Below, one piece after another: positions 39,212-51,390 of a stretch of 56,386 bases of DNA. Below the pieces are notes generated by a model, which worked only from the letters and a program-made list of their open reading frames with translations, searched no databases and was not told the DNA's origin. Within the stretch, counting starts at the first letter, position 1, and each line of letters begins with the position of its first letter. A program made the translations under genes and the position numbers. Source of the DNA: Folioceros fuciformis (Eukaryota); the NCBI GenBank assembly GCA_049999805.1, contig JBNGIO010006169.1:73354-129739 (forward strand), written 5' to 3'.

Positions 39212-41327
39212 ATGTGGCTCATTCTGGCTGTCTTGGCCTTGGAATTGGCATTGGTCGTGTTGTACATCAGGAGGGTGTTGAATCTGGGTCCCAGCAAGTC
39301 GAAGCTTCCTCCAGGCCCTACAGGATGGCCCGTGCTGGGAAGTCTGGTGCCCATTTTCATGAATTCCACAAAGCTTCCCCACGAGGTGATGAGCGAGCTG
39401 TCCAGGCAGTACGGGCCCATCGTGTGCTTCCGGCTGGGGTCACGACTTGGAATGACAGTCGACTCCCCGGAAATGGCCCGCCTGTTCCTCAAGGACAAAG
39501 ACCACATCTTCGCTTCCCGCCCCTTCTACTCTGCGAAATCTCACCTGCTGTACGACGACAACAATCTGGGCTACAGCCCCTACAACAAGCACGCCAAGCG
39601 GCTGCGAGGAATCATGATCACTGAGATCCTGAGCCCCAAGCGAGTGCAGCAGGCGCGGGGGTTGAGGTGGGAGGAGAATGAGGCGATGGTGAAGTCAATA
39701 CTGTGGGACATTCGACGGGCTGATCGTGAGTTGGGTTCGAAGGCTTGCGTGAACGTGAGGGAGAAGCTTAGTTTGCTGGTGCTCAACAGCATGACCCGCA
39801 CCATGTTCAGCAAGAGATTCTTTACATACGGGGGATCGTCGGACTCGGACGCGTTCGTCTCCGACACGGAGCAGGTGAGTATGAGTGAACGAGTTCAATC
39901 AGCGAGGTTTGTTCTCGTAGGAGTATTGGTGGCAGGATTTGTGTCGTGGGTATTGCTGGATTTGCAATTCGATGCTCGGAGTGGAGATGGAGAGATCTAA
40001 AGGTTGTGTGGTTCGGAAATTGCAGGCTTTGCAGTTCAAGGCTCTGGTTGAGGAGATTCTTCATCTGGTTGTGCTCCCCTTCATCGGAGACTATGTCCCA
40101 TATCTGGGCTTTCTGGACAAACTGAAAAACCTCGCGGGGGTGATGGAGGCAGCCCGTAGCCGAATGGACTCTTTCTTGGACAAGGTCATAGATGAGCACC
40201 GGCGGTATCTGCAGAGCTGTGAGTCGACCGGCCCTGATCATGCGCGGGATTTTCTGGACGTCTTGCTCGCCTTGCCAGGGGAGGATGGAGCCGATCACTT
40301 GACAGACAGTGAGATCAAGGGCATTCTCATGGTACGTGCATGCATCTCGTCCTGCCAGCGGGCTTGGTGAACGGTGTTTGTGAGGGCGGATTGCCCGTGT
40401 CCTTGCGAATGTTTCTGGCCGACTGCTGCGGATGCAGATAGTAATGCGTGTTTCAATCTGTGTCTAATAGGACATGTACAACGCCGGGACGGACACCTCA
40501 AGCCTTGCCGTGGAATGGGCTTTGGCAGAGCTGCTGAGACATCCAGAGCAAATGGAAAAGGCCCAACAAGAGCTGGACGCTGTTGTGGGGAGGGATCGCC
40601 TGGTTACCGAGGACGACACCGACAGTCTTCCTTACCTTCAGGCGGTGGTGAAGGAGACGTTCCGTTTACATCCTGTTGTGCCGGCTCTTATTCCTCATTG
40701 CTCCACCGAGCCTTGCGAGGTTGCCGGGTATCACATTCCAGCCAACACTGCCTTGTTCGTCAACACTTGGGCAATGGCCAGAAACCCGAAGGTGTGGGAC
40801 CATCCAACGGACTTCGATCCCGAGAGATTCGTAAACAGGTAACGAGCAACGTGGGCCTGCCCTGGCACAGATCAGTGCGTCTTGCTAAAGCAAGGACGCA
40901 GGCTGTGATTCTGATCGCGTGTGAACTCGAACCCCGAATCTCCATGTGCAGCGAAGTGGGTTTCAGAGGCTCGCATTACCAGCTTCTTCCGTTCGGTACA
41001 GGAAGGCGTCGTTGTCCGGTACGTACAATTTGCTGTACAGAGGAGTCATGGACACGATTCCCAAGTCGCTGATTGTGACAGGAGTGCAAGCTTGTCCTCG
41101 TCCCTCCATGAGTAACGTTTGTGAGTCTGGCTGTTCAGGGCATCAACTTGGGAGCTTTGGTTATCCACCACACCTTGGCGAGACTTTTGCAAGCTTTCGA
41201 CTGGAGCTTACCTGACGGTGTGAAGCCAAACGACCTGGACATGTCAGAATCTCTGGGCCTTACGCTTCCAAGGAAGACACCACTGGTGGCAGTTCCATAT
41301 CCTCGCTTGTCGACTCATCTATATTGA
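39212..41327 (+). CDS. Cytochrome P450, CYP71 clan (A-type), 5 exons (39212-39874, 40026-40331, 40471-40838, 40952-41018, 41139-41327)
   Basis: TM anchor, PPGPTGWPVLG hinge, I-helix DMYNAGTDTSS, ExxR KETFR, PERF, heme motif PFGTGRRRCP|G; the frame is continuous across GT-AG splices. Confidence 0.93.
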
Positions 41328-42090
41328 CCCCTCTCTTCTCTTCTTGTCACTGCATACACTGCTTGTAGTAATTCCATACTCTGGCTTGTCGGCTGATGTA
41401 ACCTGAGCCCTTTTCCGCGACCCTTGTACATTTCATATGCACTTCCGATGCTGTTGGTAAGGTGAAAGCACTGCATACCCATGCTGCCGTGTTGCGACGA
41501 GTAGAGCAGAGGTTTCACATGTACAGATGCTTCTTGTTCACGTCGACTGCTGTTGTCAATACTACATGATTTTAGATTGAGTCGTTCAGGTTACGTGTAG
41601 GGCTCCTCAATTTTCCACGGGTGTCACTGGGACCTCTGAGCGACGTTTGCAGCAGGGGTCTAAATGTCTCAATTTTCACAGTTTCAAGTGTTTCGGAATC
41701 CCGACAGATCTGAGGGAGCAAGGCGTGGCTGTGCAGATCATCAGCTGCAGTCTCGAATATAATCCACGGCAGTGGCCCAGCTGGATGGGGGCTCCTGGAT
41801 CTCCATCTCCTGGACATGGGAAGGTGAGATCTCATATATATCTAGCTCGTCCCTCTCAAAGTACGGTTTAAGGTAAACCTGTGGGATGATGATGTCATCT
41901 TCTGCCGCCCGAGAGGTTTGGCTACCCTGCCCGGAGCCGGATGTGGAGCTCATGGGAACGGGCCAGGGCATGGCAAACGATCACAGGCTGCAGGAGTGAG
42001 CATTGAGTTGCGACCAGCTGATCATCGTAATTCCAACGACTTGCAGCTAGGAATACAGTCTGAATCCGAGTTCGAACTGCCGAAGGTAGC

Positions 42091-44124
42091 TTAGTAGAGG
42101 TGTGCTAGTAAGCGAGGTGTACCAGTGCCTACTTCTTGCGAACTGTGGTACCAGAACTCTCCGACATGTTCAGGTTCTCTGGAGTGACGCCTTCGGGTAG
42201 TTCCAGTTGAAAGCTTGCTCCAGCCTTCCCACGATGTAGTGGATAGTCAAAGCTCCCAAGGTGACGCCTTGTCCACGTGCAGCAACGAAGCTGAAGTCAT
42301 CAAGAGAATCGTTTTGCACAACTGCAGCCTAGCCTGCCATGTTGGAGGATGTTAAAATCTCTGTGAATCACAATTTCTCTGTCACAAGTAGTAAGCTGTA
42401 CCGGGCACCGACGTCTTCCTGCACTGAAGGGAAGAAGCTGGTAATGTGCGTTTCTGAAGTCCGCTTCGCTGCACAGCAAGAGATCGCACAGCATCACGAT
42501 GCATGCCCATCTGCAACAACAGCAGGCGAAAGCGGCCCACGATTTGTACAGCCCAGTTGCGTACATGTTCACGAATCTATCAGGATTGAAATCCAAGGGC
42601 CGGTCCCAAACGTCTGGATTTCTGGCCATTCCCCAGGCATTTACGTACAGCATCGTGTCGGCAGGAATATGGAAGCCGGCAATCTGGCAAGACTCGGAGG
42701 CGCAGTGTGGACAGAGCAAAGCCTCTGGAGGATGCAAACGCAACGTCTCCTTCACCACCGCCTTAAGGTAAGGGAGATTGGGGATATCGGCCTCTGTGAC
42801 CATCCGATCTCTCCCCACCACAGCAGCCATCTCTTGTTGGGCGGTTGTCCGCTGCTCTGGATGTTTCAGCAATTCTGCTATAGCCCACTCAACGGGGAGC
42901 ATGACAGTGTCGGTCCCGGCATCGTACACGGTCTAGAGAGCAAATGAGCCGTATTAGTTGACACACAGAAAGAAGCCCAGCCGGATTTGGCTTCCTGGGT
43001 TCTGGCTCCTGCCACTGCAAGCTCCGTTCTCTCCCGGAAAACTGAGAAGCACGTCCAGAACATCTCGAGCTGCTTCAGCACCTGGCTCTAAGGTTCGCAG
43101 GTACTGCCGGCGCTTAGCTATGACCTTTCCGTAGAAAGCATCCAGTCGTGCATGGGTTGCTTGCATGTCCCTCTTAGTCCTAAGCAGCCCGTCCAAAAAA
43201 CCCAGGTATGGGACGAAGTTCTCGAAGAGGGGAGACAAGATCACCAGAAACTTGAACTCTTCTGCCTGCAGGCACAATCTCCAAGCTCGGTTTCAATTCA
43301 AACAATCAATCTGGACAATGTCTCCTCTTCTCTTCTCTCCATACCCTGTCAAATTGAATTCCACGGCAACTAAATGAACATCGAGTCCTCACCAACCTGC
43401 TCGGGGTTGGAGAGGAAAGCCCGGTCGGCCCGGCCCGGTGCGAAGAATCTCTTGCTGAACATGGTTCGGGTGTTGACGTTAAACAGAACCAGAGCCACCT
43501 TGTCATGGATCTTGATGCAAGCTTGCTTGCCCGCTCCAACAGTCTCGCCAACTTCGTCCAAAATTGATCTCACCATGCCCGCGACTTCCTCCCTCCTGAC
43601 ATCCTGCGAGTGCTGCACCCGCCTGGGGCTGAGGACCTCCGTGGACAAAATCGTCAGCAGACGTTTCGTGTGTTTGTTGTAAGGGCTGAGTCCCACAGTG
43701 TTTTCCGGAAAGACAAGGTGTTGTAAGCACCAACGACGGGCCGTGAAGAAAAGATGGCGTCCCGCTCCTTGAGAAACTCCCGCGCCATGTCAGGGGAATC
43801 GATGACCACAGCTAGCCGCGACCCCATTCTGAATCTCACCAGAGGGCCGTACTGCCTGCAGAGATCGAACAGGACCTGGTGAGGCAGCTTGTGGGGATTG
43901 GCGAAAATGTGCACCAGGCTTCCCAGCACGGGCCATGCTGGAGGCCCAGGAGGAAGCTTGGGTTTCCTGCTCCCCGGCTTCCACAGAACGGTATACAGAA
44001 TTGCAGCCCCTGCCAATCCTGCCAACACGAGCTGCCACGTCGCATTGCTGGAGCTCTAGGAGGATGTGGCTTTGGGTCTGAAACGAAAACCGAGGTACTG
44101 CCCATCTGCAAGGAAGTCCGCCAT
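42091..44124 (-). pseudogene. Cytochrome P450 pseudogene, inverted paralog of the 39212-41327 gene
   Basis: Same motifs (PPGPPAWPVLG, AGTDT, KETLR, PDRF, PFSAGRRRCP) and intron positions. Lesions: in-frame TAG at 44056-44058, frameshift near 43720, missing residues at both ends of exon 2, frameshift and stop in the last exon. Confidence 0.85.
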
Positions 44125-44859
44125 CGGGGCCGGCTCTTCGCAGGCAGACACTGAAGCCGCTTCTCCTTCCCCAAACTCCGGCCCTTGGACCTCAACTTCC
44201 GGCCTGGCTTATCATCCAAGCAAGCCGGACACAAAGTCTCTTCCGGCAGTGTCAGCACGACGATTTGTTTGCACTGGGCCACAGTGCACATAGCCCCTCC
44301 AAATGGACACGAAGGCCTCAACTCTGCCGGCAACGAACTCCAGTTGTCCGTGTCTCTTTTCATCCCAATGTTCAGATCTTCTACAGGAGACGTTTGTCGC
44401 CAACGCATCCTTCAATTCGTGGAGGATCTTCTGGTCACGTGAATTGCTACTAGAAACCAAAGGATACTTTCACGAAGGACAGCACTATCCAGTTCTTTCA
44501 TCCATCTAGAGCAAGAACCTTCAAAGAAAAAAGTTGTAATCTTTCTTCACACACATCATAAGATACAACTTTCACTAGCAAGCCCACAAAGTCACAATTC
44601 CACGTGTAGTACGTGCAGCTTGTACACCCAAAAGGAGAGGAAAGAATGCAGAATAAGAAATACAATCAGTTGAAAGGAGAGAAAAGAATGCAAAATAAGG
44701 AGTTAATAAATTGATAAAGAAGAGGAAAGAATGCAAAAGAACATAATGAGAGTGTAATAATCAACAAACTAAGAGCTAGCTATAGGATGAGAGCTAGCCC
44801 CAAGAGGGTCTTTGCTTTAGTGGGAGGGTGTTTGATTTACTGGGAAAGATGATGCATGA

Positions 44860-46900
44860 TGAAGCCCTCCACTGTTATCTCTCAACACTAAGGCTTCTCA
44901 CTCTTCTCCCAACACTAGGCTTCTCTCTCTAAGATCAAAGGGTGCCTTCTCACTCTTCTCTCAACCCTGGGCTTCTCACTCTAAGATCTCAAGGTGCCTT
45001 CTCACTCTTCTCTCAACACTAGGCTTCTCACTCTAAGATCTCAGGGTGGCTTCTCACTCTTCTCTCAACACTAAGCTTCTCACTCTAAGATCTCGCAGTA
45101 GCTTCTCACCCTTCTCTCCACACTAGGCTTCTCACTCTTCTCTCAATACTAGGCTTCTCACCCTCCTCTCCACACTAGGCTTCTCACTCTTCTCTCAACA
45201 CTAGGCTTCTCACTCTTCNNNNNNNNNNTGAGAAAGCTCTCCACAACTATCTCTCAACACTAGATTTCTCATTGTAAGAAAGCCCTCCACAACTATCTCT
45301 CGACACTAGGCTTCATACTATGAGAAAGCCCTCCACAACTATCTCTTGACGCTAGGCTTCTCACTGTGAGAAAGCCTTCCACAACCATCTCCCAACATAA
45401 GGCTTCTCATTGTGAGAAAGCCCTCCATAACTATCTCCCAACAGTAGGCTTCTCACTGGGAGAAAGCCTCCGCAACTAAACCCTAAATGCTAGGCTTCTC
45501 CCTCCATCACTATCTCCCAACAATAGGCTTCATGCTGTGAGAAAGCCCTCCACAACTATCTCTCGATGCTAGGCTTCTCATTGTGAGAGAGCCCTCCATA
45601 ACTATCTCCCAACACTAGGCTTCTCACTGTGAGAAAGCCCTCCACAACCANNNNNNNNNNATCTCCCAACACTAGGCTTCTCACTGTGAGAAAGCCCTCC
45701 ACAACCATCTCCCAACACTAGGCTTCTCCCTCCATCACTATCTCTCAACACTAGGCTTCTCACTGGGAGAAAGCCTCCACAAATATTTCTCAATACTAGG
45801 CTTCTCCCTCCACAACCGTCTCCCAACACTAGGCTTCTCACTATGGAGAAAGCCTCCACAACTATCTCTCAACACTATCCTTCTCAAACACTACAACTAT
45901 CTCTCAACAGTAAGCTTCTTCCTCCATAACCATCTCCCAATACTATCTCTCAACACTAGGCTTCTCCCTCCATAATCATCTCCCAACACTATCTCTCAAG
46001 ACTAGGCTTCTCCCTCCATAACCATCTCCCAACACTATCTCTCAACACTAGGTTTCTCCCTCCATAACCATCTCTTAACACTAGACTTCTCACTGGGTGA
46101 AAGCCTCCACAATTATCTCTCAACACTATACTTCTCACATACTACAACTATCTCTCAACACTAGGCTTCTTCTCACTGTTTGAGTTTGTCTGTCTCAAGC
46201 CCTTAGTTAGCACTAGCCATTTTATCTCTCAACACTAAACTTCTGTCTCAAGCCCTTAGTTAGCACTAGCCNNNNNNNNNNTCTCTCAACACTAAACTTC
46301 TGTCTCAAGCCCTTAGTTAGCACTAGCCTTTTTATCTCTTAACACTAAACTTCTCATTGTGAGAAAGCCCTCCACAACTATCTCTCAACACTAGGCTTCC
46401 TTCTCACTTGTTTAAGTCTATCTGTCTCAAGCTCCTAGTTAGGACAAGCCTTTGGCCTTTTTATCTCTCAACACTAAACTTCCCACTAGGAGAAAGCCCT
46501 CCACAACTATCTCTCAACACTAGAGTTCCTATGAGAAAGCCCTCCACCTTAATTAACTATCTCTCAACAAGCCCTCCNNNNNNNNNNATGAGAAAGCCCT
46601 CCACCTTAATTAACTATCTCTCAACAAGCCCTCCCCAACTATCTCTCAACACTAGGCCTCTCATGAGAAAGCCCTCCACAATTATCTCTCAACAATAGGC
46701 TTATCATGAGAAAGCCTCCACATCCATCTCTTGACACTTGGCCTCTGATTGGGAGAAAGCCTCCCANNNNNNNNNNATCCATCTCTTGACACTTGGCCTC
46801 TGATTGGGAGAAAGCCTCCCATTGACTGAGAGAAAGTCTCCACATCATTGGGAGCAAGGCTCCACAACTCTCTCAATACTAGGTCTTTCACTATCTCAAG
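44860..46900. repeat. Degenerate minisatellite array, ~46-bp core (ctatctctcaacactaggcttctcactgtgagaaagccctccacaa) with shorter sub-units; spans several N gaps
   Basis: Dozens of caacactaggcttctc motifs; five 10-N gaps lie inside the array. Confidence 0.92.
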
Positions 46901-47139
46901 CCCTTAGCCCTTAGTTAACACGAGCTTCTTTATCTCTCCACAACTAAGCCATTGTGCACTGGCCTTTTTATCTCACCACAGCCAAGCCATTGCTATATCT
47001 CTCCACAGCCAAGCCTTTGCGCACTGGCCTTTTTATCTCTCTCCACAACTAGGCCATTGTTAAAGCTGAGAATTATACGCAGCACTACGTACAACTCCAT
47101 CCCTATATGGTGCAAGATAACATACACCCTGCCTGGTTT

Positions 47140-48030
47140 TTACTTAATAATGCCTGGTAGAATCAAGTTGGAAACACACAAGAACCCTCAAAGAAAGTAA
47201 GAAGATCAGCTTCGATTCTTCTAGAGAAGACCTGTCAACCATGCCTGGCAGGAGCAAGCTGGAAACACACAGGACCCTCAAAGAAAGTCAAAAGATCACC
47301 TTCAATTCTTCCAAATCAGACCTACCAACCATGCTCGGCAGAGCAAGCTGGAAACACACAAGAATTCTCAAAGTAAAAAGATCAGCTTGGATTCTTCCAA
47401 AGAAGACCTGCCAACCATGCCTAGCAGGAGCAAGCTGGAAACACACAGGACCCTCAAAGAAAGTCAAAAGATCAGCTTCAATTCTTCAAACGCAGACCTG
47501 CCAACCATGCGTGGTGGGAGCAAGTTGGAAACACACAAGAACCCTTAAAGAAAGTAAAAAAATCAGGTTTGGTTGTTCCAACGTAGTGCTGGAAACATAG
47601 AAGAACCTTCAAAGAAAGTCAAGAGAGAAAACCTCCAAAGCAGACCTGCCAATTATGTCTAGCGGGAGCAAGTTGGAAGCACACAAGAACCTTCAAAGAA
47701 TGTAAAAAGATCGGATAAGGTTGTTCCAAAGCAGCCCTACCAACCATGTCAAGTAGGAGCAAGCTGGAAGCACATAAGACCCCTCAACGAAAGTAAAGAG
47801 ACCAGCTTTGATTCTTCTAAAGAAGACCTCCCGACTATGCTCGGCGCAAGCAAGCTGGAAGCACACAAGAACCCTCAAAGAAAGTAAAAAGATCGACTGG
47901 GGTTGCTCTAAAGGAGACGTGCCAACCATGTCTGGAAACACACAAGAACCCTCAAAGAAAGTAAAACGATTGGCTTTGGTTGTTCCAAAGCAGACATCCC
48001 AACCATGCCTGGCAGCAACAAGTTGGTAGC
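47140..48030. repeat. Tandem array, ~90-bp unit, about 10 degenerate copies
   Basis: accatgcctggcaggagcaagctggaaacacacaagaaccctcaaagaaagt... recurs, e.g. at 47238 and 47328. Confidence 0.92.
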
Positions 48031-48059
48031 ATGCATCGACGACACGAGGCTCTAATCTT

Positions 48060-48188
48060 CACCTCATCATGAGGGTCTGTGGGTAGCGACCGTCATCAGC
48101 TTGAGAACCTGACTAGCGCTCTGATCTGCACCTGATTATGAGGGTCTGTGGGTAGCGACCGTCATCAGCTTGAGAACCAGACTTGCGC
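48060..48188. repeat. 69-bp tandem duplication
   Basis: atgagggtctgtgggtagcgaccgtcatcagcttgagaacc occurs twice. Confidence 0.85.
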
Positions 48189-48815
48189 GATTGCGTGGAG
48201 TACGCATGGCAACATGTCACCGGCCAGACCAGACAAAGTTCCGGGTCGACAAACCGTTCACCCCTATCTATATATTTAGGGTGTACCCTAGTAATTTAGC
48301 ATCTTGAACTTAAGGATTCTTTGTACCGATAACGGAGATCCATTTTGCTTCCAAATCCTTGAGAGGGCAGTAAGTGGAAGCCTGCATGCGTTGCTAACAA
48401 TCCTTTGAAATTGTCTCAAGACGGATACGTCGTACTGACCTGCTGGGCTCATCGATGCCGCGATTGGATGGCAGTGGAAATCTTTGGTTTCCGTGATTAA
48501 CACATTCCAGTCATTGTAGTGACAGATCCAACATGACGACACTACAAGCCTTGTGGGGGAGGAAAAGAGGAGAAAATTTGGTTGTGTGCGGCGTGCAATG
48601 CGTACTGGGACCGACCGCTTGTGGATAGACAGTTTGTCCAAGCCATTTTCCGTGGATGCAGCGGTGGTTGGTGTGGATGTACAGATGAGGCGTCATGGCG
48701 CTACGTCTAGATAGGATGGACGTGAGCCTGCAAGATACGTAAGTGGAATGTTGGCTGAAATGGTTAGGAAGCTGTGTGGGTAGGGGCAGGTTGCTCAGGC
48801 CCTAGAGGGGCTGCA

Positions 48816-48875
48816 CGCCGCGCCTTCTCGCCAGCCATCTCCGTGCGCCGCGCCTTCTCGCCAGCCATCTCCGTG
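48816..48875. repeat. 30-bp tandem duplication
   Basis: cgccgcgccttctcgccagccatctccgtg twice. Confidence 0.85.
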
Positions 48876-49078
48876 CTCGATCTGGACGTGTACCAAGACT
48901 CCTCGCAGGAGATCAGCACCCCCATCGCAGCAAAGGAGCTCCTTGTGCTGATCTCTTCCGAGAGATCCACACGGATCACTAACGAGCAAGACAGCAGTAA
49001 AAAATAGGTATCCCAGGTCAGGGTTTCGCCGGTGTGGGATTATCATATTGGCCCAAACTGCAATCTCGTCGTTGGGAA

Positions 49079-49186
49079 GGAACTGGTGATGACTCCAGGG
49101 AAACGATCTGACCACGCCGGTCTTGGTTTGGGGGAACTGGTGATGACTCTAGGGAAACGATCTGACCACGCCTGTTTTGGTTTGGG
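49079..49186. repeat. 54-bp tandem duplication
   Basis: gaactggtgatgactcYagggaaacgatctgaccacgcc..tggtttggg twice. Confidence 0.85.
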
Positions 49187-49321
49187 ATAGCGATGCTGCA
49201 CAAACCAAAGAGACAAAAGCTCCTTCATCTGCAGCGTCAGCAGGCACAACAAAATTGTCGCAAACCGCTCCGGAATCTCAGCCTCGGATCGACGTTGGTT
49301 GGACCTGATGTGGCACCGGAG

Positions 49322-50118
49322 CTATGTACAGAAGACGCTCAGGAGAATCTTTCCGCGCTTGAAAAACCTGAAAGTAGGCACCACCTGCAACCGCACTTCC
49401 CTAGCCAATTCCTGGAACAAACACCGAAAAGCTTAAGAAGCAGGCATGACTGAGGGCACAGCAATCAGCAGTGTTCATTCCGATCCTCACTTGCATGGAC
49501 CAGCAGTGTACAGGGTAGGGTCTCTACGTGTACGACGGGTGCGAACTTTACGGTCTCTGGTGCAGTCGACCTTGAGGAACATCACATCTGTGTACTTCCG
49601 GGAAAGCTCCTTGAACTTGCCGGATATGGACTCGCACGGCGGGCACCAGGAAAGGAAGAGTTCAAACAGTACGTCATTCTGCAAACAAGCACTGCTCCGT
49701 CCAGTGAGTCAGGTCAGGGGGAGAGAAAAGCGGGGAACGCATTGCCATCGCCAAGGCGATGACGGCATCCTCACATACCTCTGGGTGTACATCTCCAGAA
49801 CCACCAGCTTGTCTCCAGCGCCACGGATGAGCTCCAAGAAGGCGTCCTGGTCTACGGCAGTGACTCCTCCGGCTAGCGCCCCCTCTGCGGAGTGATGCTG
49901 ATTATGAGAAAACGGTGATGCACAAAGCGCCTTGCGAGCAGGCCCTAACCAAGGTTTGGCGAGAGCGCCAGGCTGCGGCTAGCATGCCCGAGGTTGCGCG
50001 TCGGAAGCGCCATCGCAGGCGACAAGCAGTGCACAGGAGGGAGCTGTAGCAGCAGCCCGCTTCGCTGCGACTGAGCCTGGAGGCTCGAAGACGGGAGCGA
50101 TGGCAGCCCCTTTGTCAT
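49322..50118 (-). pseudogene. Thioredoxin-f-like gene, probably pseudogenised (broken acceptor, truncated C-terminus), CPPC active site
   Basis: Transit-like exon, then GGVTAVDQDAFLELIRGAGDKLVVLEMYTQ|(W/R)CPPCESISGKFKELSRKYTDVMFLKVDCTRDRK|ELAREVRLQVVPTFRFFKRGKILLSVFCT*. The Trx-f hallmarks MYTQ, FLKxDC and VVPTF are present; the expected acceptor reads TG, not AG. Confidence 0.75.
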
Positions 50119-50247
50119 AGTCCTTGTTCTTCCGAGAAACCATCGAGCGGGCTTTGACGCGACTGTGTCACCTGGCTCCTCCTCATGCAGGACTGCACGT
50201 ACACGTATTGTGGTCTCTGGTTCTGCCCGCGGAGTCGACTCAATCCA

Positions 50248-50572
50248 TATTTATTTCTTTATCATTAGGCATATGCATTTATTTATCATTAGGCGTATGC
50301 ATTTATTTATCATTAGGCGTAATAAAAATTTTGAGTTTGGGAACACTAAGAAGTTAGCGGTGGGAACACTAAGAAATTAGCGTAAGAAGTTAGCGGTGGG
50401 AACACTAAGAAGTTAGCGGTGGGAACACTAAGAAGTTAACGATGGGAACACTAAGAAGTTAGCGGTGGGAACACTAAGAAGTTAGCGATGGGAACACTAA
50501 GAAGTTAGCGATNNNNNNNNNNAGCGATGGGAACACTAAGAAGTTAGCGATGGGAACACTAAGAAGTTAACG
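50248..50572. repeat. 24-bp repeat x3 followed by a 23-bp tandem array (gggaacactaagaagttagcgRt) with an N gap
   Basis: tcattaggc has a period of 24; aacactaag recurs at 50401, 50424, 50447 and onward. Confidence 0.9.
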
Positions 50573-50618
50573 GATATCGGAGTAAGAACCTTGAAACATC
50601 TGCCGTTCGTGAAGTCGG

Positions 50619-51390
50619 TTAAGTAGACTCAATCTTCTCGATAACAAGCTTTATTGTGACTGTACAAGATGTTTGTCGAAAGACGAATGCCTTGCTGTTG
50701 CAAAGCTTCCACAGCCTGGAATTCATGTTCGAGCTGCAGCCCATCCTGGTCCCTTGTGTGCAACTTCCGAACTCCACAATTGTCATCCCGTCCCAATCTG
50801 CAACTTGCATGCACAAGGTGGGGCCCTGGTTAGTAAATGAGCACACATGAAGATGCACATCCAGGCAGGTAAGGAAGAGGAGTTACTTGCCTAAAACCAA
50901 TTTCTCCTTGGGAAACACCTGATTCTGCCCTTTGCTGACCACAAACTGCTTTTCTGCCATTCCATAGCCATATAGCTCCCGCAGACATCGCCTGGTAAGT
51001 ACCGCCACCACCAAGTACTTGGCAATGGCTATGGCTATGGCCCTCATCAAAATATCTTCTTCAACGTAAAGCTTCTCCGCCTTGTCTGCTTCACCTAAGC
51101 AAACATACTCTCTACCATCTTCTTCAGTCTCCCCATGGGCATTAACGCAAAACAGAAAACAATCGTCCTTTTGTAAGTCAGGATGCCTGAGAATTTGCTC
51201 CAACGTTGATTTCGCTTCCTTAAGATCGTCCACCGCACAAGCTATCTCAAACTTCCAGGGCACACCGCGGAGAAGAACGTCAAGTCGCCCTCTGTCTAGC
51301 TGTCCTCCATCTCTGCCTTTTTCTATACTGACCATCATTGCAAGACCTCGCCGGTGACCTTCATTCACCCTTTCGTTTGGATATCATGGT
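50619..51390 (-). pseudogene. Degenerate peptidase C14 (caspase-like) gene: p20-like exon plus p10-like exon
   Basis: YPNERVNEGHRRGLAMMVSIEKGRDGGQLDRGRLDVLLRGVPWKFEI...HPDLQKDDCFLFCVNAHGE...LYVEEDIL...; Cys candidates near 50981-50987; possible GC-AG intron (ag|gcaagt...ttgcag) to DWDGMTIVEFGSCTQG...FRQTSCTVTIKL*. In-frame TGA just upstream. Confidence 0.6.

Noticed and set aside
44860-46900. CRISPR-like array, suggested by palindromic repeats
   Set aside because: No unique spacers, units are degenerate and contiguous, no cas genes, eukaryotic context.
47241-48029. ORFs within the 90-bp array
   Set aside because: A by-product of a repeat length divisible by three; frames break between copies.
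48263-48712. Non-autonomous Helitron (TCTATATAT start, gcgtcatggcgc hairpin, CTAG end)
   Set aside because: The hairpin is short and imperfect, CTAG is not followed by T, and no second copy is available for support.
50338-50572. CRISPR or telomeric array
   Set aside because: Head-to-tail 23-bp units without spacers, and not TTTAGGG.
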